DNA of 64,000 bases from Octopus sinensis (lineage: Eukaryota), in assembly GCF_006345805.1 (NCBI RefSeq), contig NW_021833299.1, positions 1 to 64,000 on the forward strand, given 5' to 3'. A program made the position numbers and the translations under genes. Positions within the stretch are counted from its first letter, which is position 1; every line of letters starts with the position of its first letter. Below the pieces are notes generated by a model. It saw nothing but the letters and a program-made list of their open reading frames with translations, had not been told where the DNA came from and ran no database searches. Positions 27,192 through 39,228 of this stretch are shown here, piece after piece.

Positions 27192-28149
27192 TTACCAATA
27201 ATATCATGCAATAAAGTCGACGAACCGTCAGGATCGTTTCCATGCCGAACAAAGTGCTTAACAGCTTTTCTTGCGGCTCTTTATGTTCTGAGTTCACATA
27301 ACGCTTAGGTTGACTTTGCTTTTTATTTTTTCAGGATCGATAAAATACGTGCCAGTCAAGTACCAGGGTTAATGTAATCCACTTCCTCTCCCCTTAAATT
27401 TCAGGCCTTCAGCTTATTGTAGAAGGAATTCTTGTTTTCAGGTACCCTTTGTTTCGCCCTCCCACTTTTTTAAAGATTATATTACGTAGCTTAAAGCGAG
27501 ATCTGGCTACAATTCCTCGCTCCTTCTTGGCCTGTGTGTGTGTGCTTTTTTTCTCTCTAGTTTCAGCTCAGAGCTGCGGCCATGGTGATACACCATGGTT
27601 TTGGATCGATGAAATAAATATCAGTAGAGTGGATGTGGTGATGAAATCGACTCTTACCTCTTAAAAATTTCTGGTTTTATGTAAAAATTAAAAGGAAAGA
27701 ATACCACACAGATGTTTGATTATTCAAACCAGCTTTTTACGTTTAATTATTGATAAAAGCGGTGGTTCTGGTTGACGATTTCTTTGAACAGCACTTAGGG
27801 TAAGTACCTTCTACCGCAGCCTTTGGTTGATCAATATCACGTGAGAGAGATTTGGTAAAGGGAAAATTGTATGGAGGTTTGTCGAATACGAGTGTATGTA
27901 TATGTACCAACAAGGTAGGGAGGGTTCAAAAACTGTTGTGCAAGTCTTCTTGAGCCTAAAATCTTCGTCGTTATTCAGGGATAGTCTTCATTGGACAGGA
28001 CAAGGGTGGAGAGCAGAGAGCCATCATATATGTCCACACACGCCTTTGCACACACATAAACACTCACGCACGTACGCATGCACGCACACACACACACACC
28101 CACACACACACACAACACACATGCATCGTTAGTCAATGTTAATCGTCAG

Positions 28150-28525
28150 TACACAACTGGTACTTAATTTATCGACCCCGAAAGGATAAAAGGCAAAGTC
28201 GACCTCGGCGGAATTTGAACTCAGAACGCAAAGACGGACGAAATAGCGCTAAGCATTTTACCCGGAGTGCTAACGTTTCTGTCAGCTCGCCGCTTTAAAC
28301 GGGCGTTAATATCCTTTTCTACTATCGGCACAAGGCCCGAAATTTTTGTGGAGGGGACCAGTCGGTTAGATCGACGCCAGTACGCAACTAGTACTTAATT
28401 TATCAGCCCCGAAAGGATGAAAGTTAATGTCGACCTCGGCGGAATTTGAATTCAGAAAGTAAAAACAGACGAAATAGCGCTCAGCATTTCTCCCGCCGTG
28501 TTAACGTTTCTGTCAGCTCGCCGAC
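28150..28525 (-). mobile_element. Two tandem SINE family D units
   Basis: GTCGACCTCGGCGGAATTTGAA..GTTTCTGTCAGCTCGCCG twice. Confidence 0.8.
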
Positions 28526-28854
28526 AGTTATATTTCAAGAGAGAGTTTTATAGGATCAGAGGAATAGGAGATTAAAAACGTGGCAACAGATTGAGTTTGA
28601 AATATTGACAGTTTTATATTGTTCTAGTGGAAAGATTGGAAGAATGCATCCGCTCTGGGTTTTTTTTTTTTTGCTGTCTAACAGAAATATCGGTGACGAC
28701 GCTTGTGTCGGGCTGGCTCCACCATTAAGTAAACATCAATAGCGTGGTGGCGGGGAGAAGATTTGCGGGCGAGGGCAACGATGGATTACTTAAGAAATCA
28801 TGACCAGGCCTGCACATACATGTTTCAGACTCAAGAACCATCACATCGTCTTCA

Positions 28855-29392
28855 CCGCCATCATCACCACAACCACTACCACCACCACCACTATCATTAT
28901 CATCATCATCATCATCATCATCATCGTCATCGTTATCATCGTCCTCATCGTCATCATCATCATCATCATCATTATCATCATCATCATCACCATCATCATC
29001 ATAGTCGTCGTCGTCATCATCATCATCATCATCATCACCGCTCCCTTCACCGTCACCAGCACTATCATAAGCGACAGTACCATCATCATCATGACCATCA
29101 TCATCACCAGCATCACCACCACCACCATCAGCAGGGCTGCCAACAGTTGCACCACTGCCACCATCACCGCCAACATCACCTTCATAACCGTGAACATTAT
29201 GATGATGATGATGATAATCATGATGATGACCATGATCGTTACCCCCTCCTCTTCCTCACCTTTATCCTCATCCCCATCATCAACAACGACAATGCTGACT
29301 ACATCGCCCTCACCATTCTTACCATTATACTCCTACTCTCCGTACCACCACCACCACCACCACCACCACCATCATCATCATCTTCATCATCG
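28855..29392. repeat. (CAT)n/(CAC)n microsatellite
   Basis: Direct reading. Confidence 0.95.
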
Positions 29393-29750
29393 TACACAAC
29401 ATCCTCTTTAGTTAAGACGTGATATAATGGCGATTTGTCTTCTATACCTTGGCATTACGTAAAAACTCCATTCGTTAGCTCGCCAAGAAAATTTGATTAT
29501 CAGTGAGTTAAACCTCTGATGTATGGCGCTCCAACCATGGTGAACCATTTTAACGTCGGGACAGGGATTTGTGGGAGAATTGTCTGCTATGGGCAACTGC
29601 TATTCTCAGTAGATCAACTGGCCGTGCCGAGATTTCTTCCTTGCTGCTCTTGTCACTTAATCTCACATAATCCGCGATCTAGAACACCAATGGGTAAAGT
29701 TATTCCAGTCGAGAAAGTATTCCGTATTTTATTCAGACTACGTATATCTA

Positions 29751-30069
29751 GTGGAGGCACATGGCCTAGTGGTTAGAGCAGCGGACTGGCGGTCGAGGGA
29801 TCGCGAGTTCGAATCTCAGATCGGGCAATGTGTGTGTTTATAAGCGAAAACACCTAAGCTCCACACGGCTCTGGCAGAAGGTAATGGCAAACTTCTGCTG
29901 ACTCTTTCGCCACAACTTTCTCTCACTATTTCCTTCTGCATCTTGCAGCTCACCTGCGACGGACCGGCGTCCCATCCAGGTGGGGAACCTATACGCCAAG
30001 GAAACCGGGAAACCAGCCCTTATGAACCAGGCATGGCTCGAGAAGGAACAAACAACAAACGACTACAAC
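29751..30069 (+). mobile_element. SINE family C (E-like head, variant V-like tail, AAC-rich end)
   Basis: GGAGGCACATGGCCTAGTGG..GTTCGAATCTC; TATATCTAG on both sides; sister copy at 47374. Confidence 0.9.
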
Positions 30070-30087
30070 ATATATCTAGGACTAAGA

Positions 30088-30318
30088 AGGCGGCGAGCTG
30101 GCAGAACCGTTAGCATGCCGGGCGAAATGCGTAGCCGTATTTCGTCTGCCGTTACGTTCTGAGTTCAAATTCCGCCGAGGTCGACTTTACCTTTCATCCT
30201 TTCGGGGTCGATAAATTAAGTACCAGTTACGCACTGGGGTCGATGTAATCGACTTAATCCGTTTGTCTGTCCTTGTTTGTCCCCTCTATGTTTAGCCCTT
30301 TGTGGGTAGTAAAGAAAT
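30088..30318 (+). mobile_element. Full-length monomeric SINE family D with ~17-bp TSD
   Basis: ATATATCTAGGACTAAG before and after; B box GAGTTCAAATTCC. Confidence 0.9.
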
Positions 30319-31117
30319 ATATATCTAGGACTAAGGGTTATATAAGGGAGATTTGGCTGCTATTCATATCTAGGACTAGGGGTTATATAAGGGAGATTTG
30401 GCTGCTATTCTTAGCAGGTCTGTCCGCTTTGAAGTAGCGCCTTCGTTGATAGTTGAATGTCTTTGAGACGGGACTTTATTTGAACGGTGAAGGTTTTTCA
30501 AAAGAAACTTTAATGGAAGTGTTTTCTACTAGAAAATATCGATCGTCAGAACTTGGTTGAGAAGTGATTGTGGTGGTTTGGGATGGAGTGAGGGGTGCAA
30601 AAACCAATCAATACGTCTGTTTATTACGTGGCTCCCTCCGAAGATGGTCTTAGAGTTAGAACTATAATGTTTCAATGTTTAAAAGTTTGATTGTTTTCCG
30701 AGAATGAAATCTGGACAACTGAAAAATGGATGTCACAAAATTCAATGTGAGCGAGCGCCAAATAAATGACAAGTCTTGTAATGAAAGTATGAATTTGCCA
30801 AAGAGAGAGGAAGACACAGAGAGAGAGAGAGAGAGAAGGAGAGAAGGAGAGAGAGATTCCATCTAAAAAGAAGAATTTCTTTACTTCACTTAATGATCAT
30901 TTGAATTTCAATGTATTTATTTTGTTTGTTTGGGTTTATTTTTCTTTTTGGTAATGTATTGTGTTGTTATTTTCGAAATCGTTTTGACATTGCTCTTCTA
31001 GCAGAATTGAGCTGTTTTCAATTCTCTGGGTTTTTCTTGCGAAAGTTAAGTACTGCCATTCATAGAATCTCGGTAGAAGAGAGAAGAGAGAAGAGAGAAG
31101 AGAGAAAGAAAAAAAAA

Positions 31118-31149
<32 letters not shown>

Positions 31150-31440
31150 AACACACACACACACACATACAAAGAAAAGAAAAACAATGAATAGGGAGAA
31201 AGAAGAAGAAGGAAACAAAAAGCAAAACAAACAAACAAACAAATTAACTTCGGTTCTTAATAAAAATAGAAGAAAGAAAATGGCTTATTTTTGTTATTGA
31301 AAATCTCGTACTTTTTGTTATTTCACAATGGACACGGCGAAACCTACTGACAAGAACACACACACACATAAATGCTCACACATTATACACCTTTCTTTCT
31401 TTCTTGCTTTCTTGCTTTCTTGCTTCATTTCTTTCTTTCT

Positions 31441-31472
<32 letters not shown>

Positions 31473-32130
31473 TCGTTCTTTCTTTCTTTCTTGCTCTCTC
31501 TCTCTCTCTCTCTCTCTGGCACGTACATACTGACACACAGTCACACACATACAAACCATATGTTTAAGAGGATAAAGATCTTTATAATATTTAATGACGA
31601 TTCTTCAATGAATTTCTCTCACTGTTTTGGTTATCTATTGATGAAGGGAGAGAAAAAAAAAAAAAAACCCCAAAAAAAAACAAAAACCCCACCAAGAAAA
31701 GAAAAAAAAAAAGCCCAAAGAAAAACAAAAAAAACGAAGACAAAAGTATAATTGCAATTCAGAAATCCAAAAGAAATTTAGTTTTATTTAAAATTAAAAA
31801 TAATTTTTTTTTTCGTTTTATTGAAATAACGCTGAAGCTGCTGTTGGTGTTGCTCTTGCTGTCGTAATTGTTGTTGTTGTTGTTGTTTAGCTTCAGGCCG
31901 ACTGTGATGGAGCAGACCTATGATGAAAGACAAACCAAGTGCAACAATGCGTTTTTTTTCTTCTTTAAGACCAAATATGCCATTCCTATCTTAAAACGAT
32001 ACAGTGTGTGTGCGCATGTGCGTGCGTGTGTGCATGCGCGCGTGTGGTTTAGAAGAGATTTGGTTGCTATTTCTAACAAGTCAAGCGATCGATTTTGAAG
32101 AAGATTTTTCTGTTGTTTTCTGGTGATACG

Positions 32131-32450
32131 GAGAAGGCACGTGGCTTATTGGTTAGGGTATTCGACTCCCGATCGTTAGGTCGTAAGTTCGAAAACCGGC
32201 GACGCGTTCTGTCCTTGAGCAAGACACTTTATTTCTGGTTGCTCCAGTCAAGCTCAACTGGCAAAAATGAGTTGTACCTGTAGCTCGGAGGGCCGGTCTT
32301 GTTACATTCTGTGTCACGCTGGATCTCACCGAGAACTACGTTAAGGGCACACGTATCTGTGGAGTACTCAGCCACTCGCGCGTTAATTTCACGAGCTGGC
32401 TGTTCTATTGATCGGATTAGCTGGAACCCTCGTCGTCGCAACCGACGGAG
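32131..32450 (+). mobile_element. SINE (B head + T tail)
   Basis: GTCCTTGAGCAAGACACTT..GGCAAAAATGAGT then TGTACCTGTA..AACCGACGGAG. Confidence 0.85.
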
Positions 32451-32513
32451 GGAGACAGGTCAGCCCTGAGGATATAATAGTAATGTTCTTACAGTTATTG
32501 CTGCTGCTAAAAA

Positions 32514-33080
32514 AGGCAGTGAGATGGCAGAATCGTTAGCACGCCGGGCGAAATACTTAGCGGTATTTCGGCTGTCTTTACGTTCTGAGTTCAAATTCCG
32601 CCGAATCGACTTTGCCTTTCATCCCTTTCGGGGTCAATTAAATAAGTACCAGTCACGCACTGGTGTCGATACAATCGACTTAATCCGTTTGTCTGTCCTT
32701 GTTTGTCCCCTCTATGTTTAGCCCCTTGTGGGTAGTAAAAAAATAGGTATTTCGTCTGTCTTTACATTCTGAGTTCAAATTTCGCAGAGGCCGACTTTGC
32801 CTTTCATACTTTCGGGATCGATAAGTTAAGTACCATTTGCGTACTGGCGTCGATGTAATCTCCCAAAATTTTCGGCCTTGTGCCTAGAGTAGAAAAGAAT
32901 CGTTAGCACGCCGGGCGAAATACTGAGCGGTATTTCGTCCGTCCTGAGTTCAAATTCTGCTGAGGTCAACCTTGACTTTATCATCCTTTCGGAGTCGATG
33001 AAATAAGTACCAGTTACGCACTGAGGTCAACAAGCTCCCTTCCCCGCCAAATTCCAAGCATTGTGCCGTTCTTTATTAGA
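32514..33080 (+). mobile_element. Multimeric SINE family D cluster
   Basis: Three successive CTGAGTTCAAATT..AAGTACCA units. Confidence 0.85.
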
Positions 33081-33105
33081 AATGATTATTGTTGTTGTTG
33101 TTGTT

Positions 33106-33730
33106 AAGCAAGAAGACGGGTAAGGGTGATTAGGTGATGGTCTAGGGCTTAGGGGCGGGAGACCCCAGACCTTGGGAAAAAAAAAAAAACTTTGGTCGTC
33201 TTGTTGTAGTCGAGGGCTCTTCGTTGACGCCCGACACCACTGGGAGGTGGCCCCTCGAAGTCGCTGGAAATGGAGATCTCCAGGTCCAAATTCTTGAACG
33301 GCTGCTGCTGCTGTTGTTGTTAAGCAACCAGACGGGTAAGAGTGATTAGGTGATGGTCTAGGGCTTAGGGGCGGGAGACCCCAGACCTTGGGAAAAAAAA
33401 AAACTTTGGTCATCTTGTTGTAGTCGAGGGCTCTTCGTTGACGCCCGACACCACTGGGAGGTGGCCCCTCGAAGTCGCTGGAAATGGAGATCTCCAGGTC
33501 CAAATTCTTGAACGGCTGCTGCTGCTGTTGTTGTTAAGCAACCAGACGGGTAAGAATGATTAGGTGATGGTCTAGGGCTTAGGGGCGGGAGACCCCAGAC
33601 CTTGGGAAAAAAAAAAAAACTTTGGTCGTCTTGTTGTAGTCGAGGGCTCTTCGTTGACGCCCGACACCACTGGGAGGTGGCCCTCGAAATCGCTGGAAAT
33701 GGAGATCTCCAGGTCCAAATTCTTGGACGG
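33106..33730 (-). repeat. Three tandem ~215-bp units with an HDV-like core, separated by (CAG)/(AAC) tracts
   Basis: Unit starts at 33106, 33322, 33536; near-identical; dispersed copy at 56321. Confidence 0.9.
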
Positions 33731-33789
33731 CTGCTGCTGTAGCTGTTGTTGTTGTTGGTAGTGCTGCAAGTATTGTCAAGCAGATGCAA

Positions 33790-34184
33790 ACACAGTCGTT
33801 GTTGCTACGAAGACTGCTGCTGCTGCTGCTGTTGCTGTTCTTACAGATTCTCATGCTGCACATTCTGCTGCTGCTGTTGCTTCAACTTTTGTTGCTGGTG
33901 CTAATATTACTGAAGCTACAGCAGTTGTTATTGTTGTTGTTGCCGTTGTTGCTGCAGCTGTGCCATTTAAATATGCTTGCTGTAACCGCTGTTTTTTTTT
34001 TGTTGTTGCTGTTGATGCTGCTGTTGCTGTTGTTGTTGTTGTTGTTGTTATAGCTGCAGCTGTTGTTGTTGCTGCTATTACAGCTGTTACCGTTGCATCC
34101 GATGGCGTCGCTGCTGTTGCTATTAATTGGCAGTGATCATCATCATCGTCATCATCATCGTCATCATCGTCGTCGTCGTCGTCG

Positions 34185-34215
<31 letters not shown>

Positions 34216-34910
34216 TGTCATCGTCATCATCATCATCATCGTCGTCGTCATCATCATCGTCGTCGTCGTCATCATCATCATCATCATCGTCATCATCATC
34301 GCCATCGTTGTCATCATCGTCATCGTCATCATCATCGTCGTCGTCGTCATCATCATCATCATCGTCGTCGTCATCATCATCGTCGTCGACGTCATCATCA
34401 TCATCATCATCGTCATCATCATCGTCATCATCGTCATCATCATCGTCAACATCGTCAGCATTGTCATCGTCGTCGTCGTCATCATCATCATCATCATCGT
34501 CGTCGTCATCATCATCGTCGTCGACGTCATCATCATCATCATCATAGTCATCATGATCGTCATGATCGTCGTCATCATCGTCATCATCAACAACAACAAC
34601 AGCAGCAACAACAGCGACGGCGTCACTAAGGCAACTACCATCACCACTGCTGACAAAACCTCCACTACTAATAAAACCATCACCATCATCATCACCATCA
34701 CCATTACCACCACCATTACCACCTCCGTCACCACCACCTCCACCACCTCCACCCACACAACCACCACCACCACTGTCAATACCACTAGCACCAGCTCCTC
34801 CCACCAACACCACTGTCACCACCACCGTCGAAGCTGCTACCACCACTTCCAGAACCATCGCCGACACCATCGCCGCCGCTTCCGCCACAACCATCAACGC
34901 AACCACCTCC
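33790..34910. repeat. (CTG/GTT)n, (CAT/CGT)n and (CAC)n microsatellites
   Basis: Direct reading; source of the poly-D/H ORFs. Confidence 0.95.
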
Positions 34911-34995
34911 ACGCAACCTAATTTTTCGACACTCTTGTTCGTTGACATCCTTCCCTAGTTCCAGAAAACTTTAGCATATTCTTACATTTGCGAAA

Positions 34996-35026
<31 letters not shown>

Positions 35027-35280
35027 TGTGTGTGTGTGTGTGTGTTTGCCTGTCTTGTCTATCTATCTATCTGTCTGTCTATTTGTCCTCCCCTCTCTCT
35101 CTCTCTCTCATTGTCTCTGTGTCTCACTCTTTCTCTCTTTGTCTCTCGTCCTCTTTCTCTCAAGTAGTCCTCTATCTCAACTCACTCTCTACCTCTATTT
35201 GTAGGCATTGATGGTTACAATAGTGGGGATTGTGGTTGTTGTTGTTGGCAGTAGTGGTAGAAACAGAGATGGTACCATCA

Positions 35281-36063
35281 AGGCGGCGAACTGGCAGAAA
35301 CCTTAGAACGCCGGGCGAAATGCTTGATATTTCGTCTGCCGCTACGTTCTGAGTTCAAATTCCGCCAAGGTCGACTTTTCCTTTTATCCTTTCGGGGTCG
35401 ATAAATTAAGTACCAGTTAAGCACTGGGGTCGTTGTAATCGACTTAATCCCTTTTTCTGTCCTTGTTTGTCCTCTCTGTGTGTAGCCCCTGGTGGGCAGT
35501 AAAGAAATAGGTATTTCGTCTGCCGCTACGTTCTGAGTTCAAATTCCACCTAGGTCGACTTTGCCTTTTATCCTTCCGGGGTCGATTAAATAAGTACCAG
35601 TTACGCACTGGGATCCATGTAATCGACTTAATCCGTTTGTCTGTCCTTCTTTGTCCCCTCTGTGTGTAGCCCCTTGTGGGCAGTAAAGAAATAGGTATTT
35701 CGTCTGCCGCTACGTTATGAGTTCAAATTCCACCGAGGTCGACTTTGCCTTTCATCCTTCCGGGGTCGATTAAATAAGTACCAGTTACGCACTGGGATCC
35801 ATGTAATCGACTTAATCCGTTTGTCTGTCCTTCTTTGTCCCCTCTGTGTGTAGCCCCCTGTGGGCTGTAAAGAAATAGGTATTTCGTCTGCCGCTACGTT
35901 CTGAGTTCAAATTCCACCGAGGTCGACTTTGCCTTTCATCCTTTCGGGGTCGATTGAATAAGTACCAGTTACGCACTGGCGTCGATATAATCGACTTAAT
36001 CCGTTTGTCTGTCCTTGTTTGTCCCCTCCGTGTGTAGCCCCTTGTGGGCAGTAAAGAAATAAT
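35281..36063 (+). mobile_element. Tetrameric SINE family D (one head + three 184-bp headless units) with 20-bp TSD
   Basis: Junctions AAAGAAATAG|GTATTTCG at 35511, 35695, 35879; AAACAGA(G/T)ATGGTACCA(T/A)CA at 35261-35280 and 36064-36083. Confidence 0.9.
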
Positions 36064-36339
36064 AAACAGATATGGTACCAACAGCAGTAATAGTATCAGT
36101 CTTCGTTGTAGTTTTAATAATTGTTGCATTGGTGATTGATAAACTTTCTTTTTAAGGAGGGTTAGCGACATTGCTCTTTTCAGGATTTTCAAGGCTAATG
36201 GTAGAACGGGGAGAGGTAGTTATAAGCTCTAAAAGTTGGCCACAGAGGGGACTCCGTAAAAGGAATCCAGTGGCCTGGCTGGTGACGGCGATAAACCGAA
36301 TGACGTTCTGTGGCGTAGCCAAATTGGTTGCCCTTTTTC

Positions 36340-36574
36340 TTAACCATTTTGTTACCATATTCTTGTTGTGAGGTTCTGTGTTTCTTTCAATTAATTTTAA
36401 ATATAACAAAGAATTTAGTAAAATAACTTAGTTATCATTAAGCATAAATTATTATCAGGAGCAAAAATTTTACTAAGGTCTAGTGCAAGATTTTTATTCA
36501 GAACTTTTGAAAACAAGACATTTGTACTACAGAGCAAGAGGCGGTTTCAGCCAGGTTTGTATCAAAAGGGTTAA
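36340..36574. mobile_element. piggyBac-type MITE
   Basis: TTAA on both ends; TIRs CCATTTTGTTAC / GTATCAAAAGGG. Confidence 0.75.
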
Positions 36575-36854
36575 ACGAACCTTACCTTCGGCTATAGCAA
36601 ACGCACGTATATGACGTGGTGGTTCTCTGTAGGTTGCATACCCAACACTACGTCACGCTATGCTGTGCTACACCTAGTTACGCAATGCTATGCCGCACTA
36701 TGCCATACTATGCCATTCTATACCGCGCTGTGCCGTGCGAAACCGTGTTACGCTGCACTACAACCTGCTATGTCGCAGTGCACCGCGCTGCGCCACTGGT
36801 GATATCCACTGCCAAGTTTTAGCGGCTATGATAGAGGTTACATTTGCAGTAGAG

Positions 36855-36955
36855 AGTAGTAGTAGTAGTAGAAGTAGTAGTAGTAGTAGTAGTTGTTGTA
36901 GTAGTAGTAGAAGCAGCAACAGTAGTAGTAGTAGTAATAGTAGAAGCAGCAACAA

Positions 36956-37002
<47 letters not shown>

Positions 37003-37115
37003 ATAGTAGAAGCAGCAACAGTAGTAGTAGTAGTAGTAGTAGAAGCAGCAACAGTGGTAGTAGTAGTAGTAATAGTAGAAGCAGCAACAGTAGTAGTAGT
37101 AGTAGTAGTAGTAGT
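36855..37115. repeat. (AGT)n microsatellite with AGAAGCAGCAAC interruptions
   Basis: Direct reading. Confidence 0.95.
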
Positions 37116-37447
37116 TAGTTTTGGTGGAGGTGGTGGTGGTGGTGGTTCTAGTAGTAGTACTATCACCGTGTCTCTCAGTTTCTCTTTTTGCTGCGCGCGC
37201 AAGGAACGCACATATTTAACTTAGTAATTATGACTGCATTTCAAAAACTGGCCATTCTCTTCAGAGCCAGAAAATCCACAAAACCTCCATCAACTATTCC
37301 ATAGGTGTGAAACTTTATTCAGCTTCAGACATTTTCAGTTATTCGTCCTCCTCTATTTTTAAAGTATTTCTGAGACTTATAAACACATATTTCTTTTGTA
37401 CTCCAATATCCTTTCTTTCCTTCACGAATCTTCTCTCCTCTATCTAA

Positions 37448-37483
37448 CTTTCTGAATAGGAGCCAAAGCTCGAAACGTTGAAG
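37448..37483 (+). ncRNA. Degenerate minimal type I hammerhead (Penelope-type)
   Basis: CTTT-CTGAATA-G-GAGC(CAAA)GCTC-GAAA-C-GTT-GAAG; G8 mutated; related to 726-761. Confidence 0.5.
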
Positions 37484-37687
37484 ACACTCCTACACTTTTA
37501 ATCATTTATTGAACGTTAAACCAATAATTACACTATATTTTCATTTTGTTGTGCGTATTCTTATTTTCATCGTTAACATTTCACCTATATATACGCTTGC
37601 ATTCAAAATTATATTCATAGATATACTTATATTTTCGTGTTTAAACAGATGTAGACTTATACACACATATTCTTTTTGTAATTTTTT

Positions 37688-38072
37688 TGTTTCAGTCATT
37701 TGACTGCGGCCAACGTAGAGCACAGCCTTTAGTCGAGCAAATCGACCCCAGGACTTATTCTTTGTAAGCCTAGTACTTATTCTATCGGTGTCTCTTGCCG
37801 AACCGCTAAGTTACGGGGACGTAAACACACCAGCATCGGTTGTCAAGCGATGTTGGGGGAACAAATATAGACACACAAACATATACATACACATACACAC
37901 ATGTATATATACGATGGGCTTCTTTCAGTTTCCGTCTACCAAATCTACTCACAATGTTTTGATCGGCCCGAGGCTATAGTAAAAGGCACTTTGCCCAAAG
38001 TGCCACGCAGTGGGATTGAACCTGGAACCATGTGGTTGGTAAGCAAGCAACTTACCACACACCCACTCCTGC
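37688..38072 (-). mobile_element. SINE family A
   Basis: Same layout as other A copies. Confidence 0.85.
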
Positions 38073-39079
38073 AACTGAAAAATCCTCTTGTCGTTTCTCT
38101 GTGCTACGTTATTTGGGTTTTGGTGCACCCCGGTGGGTTGGTGACACCTTCGCCCTATATAAATTCCTATCGTATTATATAATCTGTACCCACCACCGTT
38201 AGTATTTATACTCGCATATGGCTGGTATATCTACAGACAATTCATTTACAATGTATAAGTATTAAAAATAATATCAATTTCTTCGCCGAGCGCAAATTCG
38301 ATTTACGGATCTCTGGTGTATCGGCCCAGTGAGCTTCCATTTGTCACTTACCTCAACGAGTAATTGAGCGAATATATAATGTTTTAGTTCTTATATTGTC
38401 TATTCCGTGTTACATTACATCTATTACATTCTCCATCAAATGTTATTTATTTATAATTCATTTATGTAATTCTATGCAGTGGACTGTGTCAGACGCACAA
38501 AATATAGTAATTACACAATATACGCCGTTGCACCGAGATGTTAATTTGCTTACTGAAAAGCGACATTTCATTCGACCGATACTCTGAGAATCACATTTGA
38601 CGAACCACATGCATAGAATAATGTTTGCCATATCTTTCAGGGTGTCTCTTCATTGGCCATTTTCAGATCAGCCAGAAGCGAATCTATTCTATAAATATTT
38701 CCCCAACGTAGCATAGCAAGCGAGCTTCCTAGTTTTATACATGTCTAGCTGTCAGTCTGTCGGTCTGTATACACGCAGGCATTCATGTATTTATGTATGT
38801 ATGTATGTATGTATGTATGTATGTATGTATGTATACACACACATACACACATACATTCATATATATATATATATATACACACACAAATATATTTATGTAT
38901 TTAATAACAGCCTGATTGAAAAGCACCCAACTTATAGTTTTGTGGGCGCCTTGGACACGTCGCCCTCGTCAGATGTTCGGAGACAAAGTATGTCTTGATG
39001 AATTTCAAGTTAAGCTCTGGCCGCTGACATCCCGGATATATCACCTTAGGTGTAGGTGACTCACACATAAGGTCAGAAT

Positions 39080-39228
39080 CTGCCGAGGTCGACTTTGCCT
39101 TTCATCCTTTCGAGATCGATTAATTAAGTACCAGTTACGCACTGGGGTCGATGTAACCGACTTAATTCCTTTGTCTGTCCTTGTTTGTCCCCTCTATGTT
39201 TAACCCCTTGTGGGCAATAAAGAAATAA
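39080..39228 (+). mobile_element. 5'-truncated SINE family D
   Basis: GCCGAGGTCGACTTTGCC..GTGGGCAATAAAGAAATA. Confidence 0.85.

Noticed and set aside
33027-33503. ORF in the 215-bp repeat (LDLEISI resembles a Penelope RT motif)
   Set aside because: Frame shifts between units at a variable A run and no other RT motifs are present
36645-36795. Complex-looking sequence with ORFs in several frames
   Set aside because: Degenerate 5-bp (CTATG/CTGTG/CTACG) repeat
38930-38978. Minus CTGACGA-GGGCG..CGCCC hammerhead-like motif
   Set aside because: GAAA is missing (ACAAAAC) and stems I and III are unconvincing
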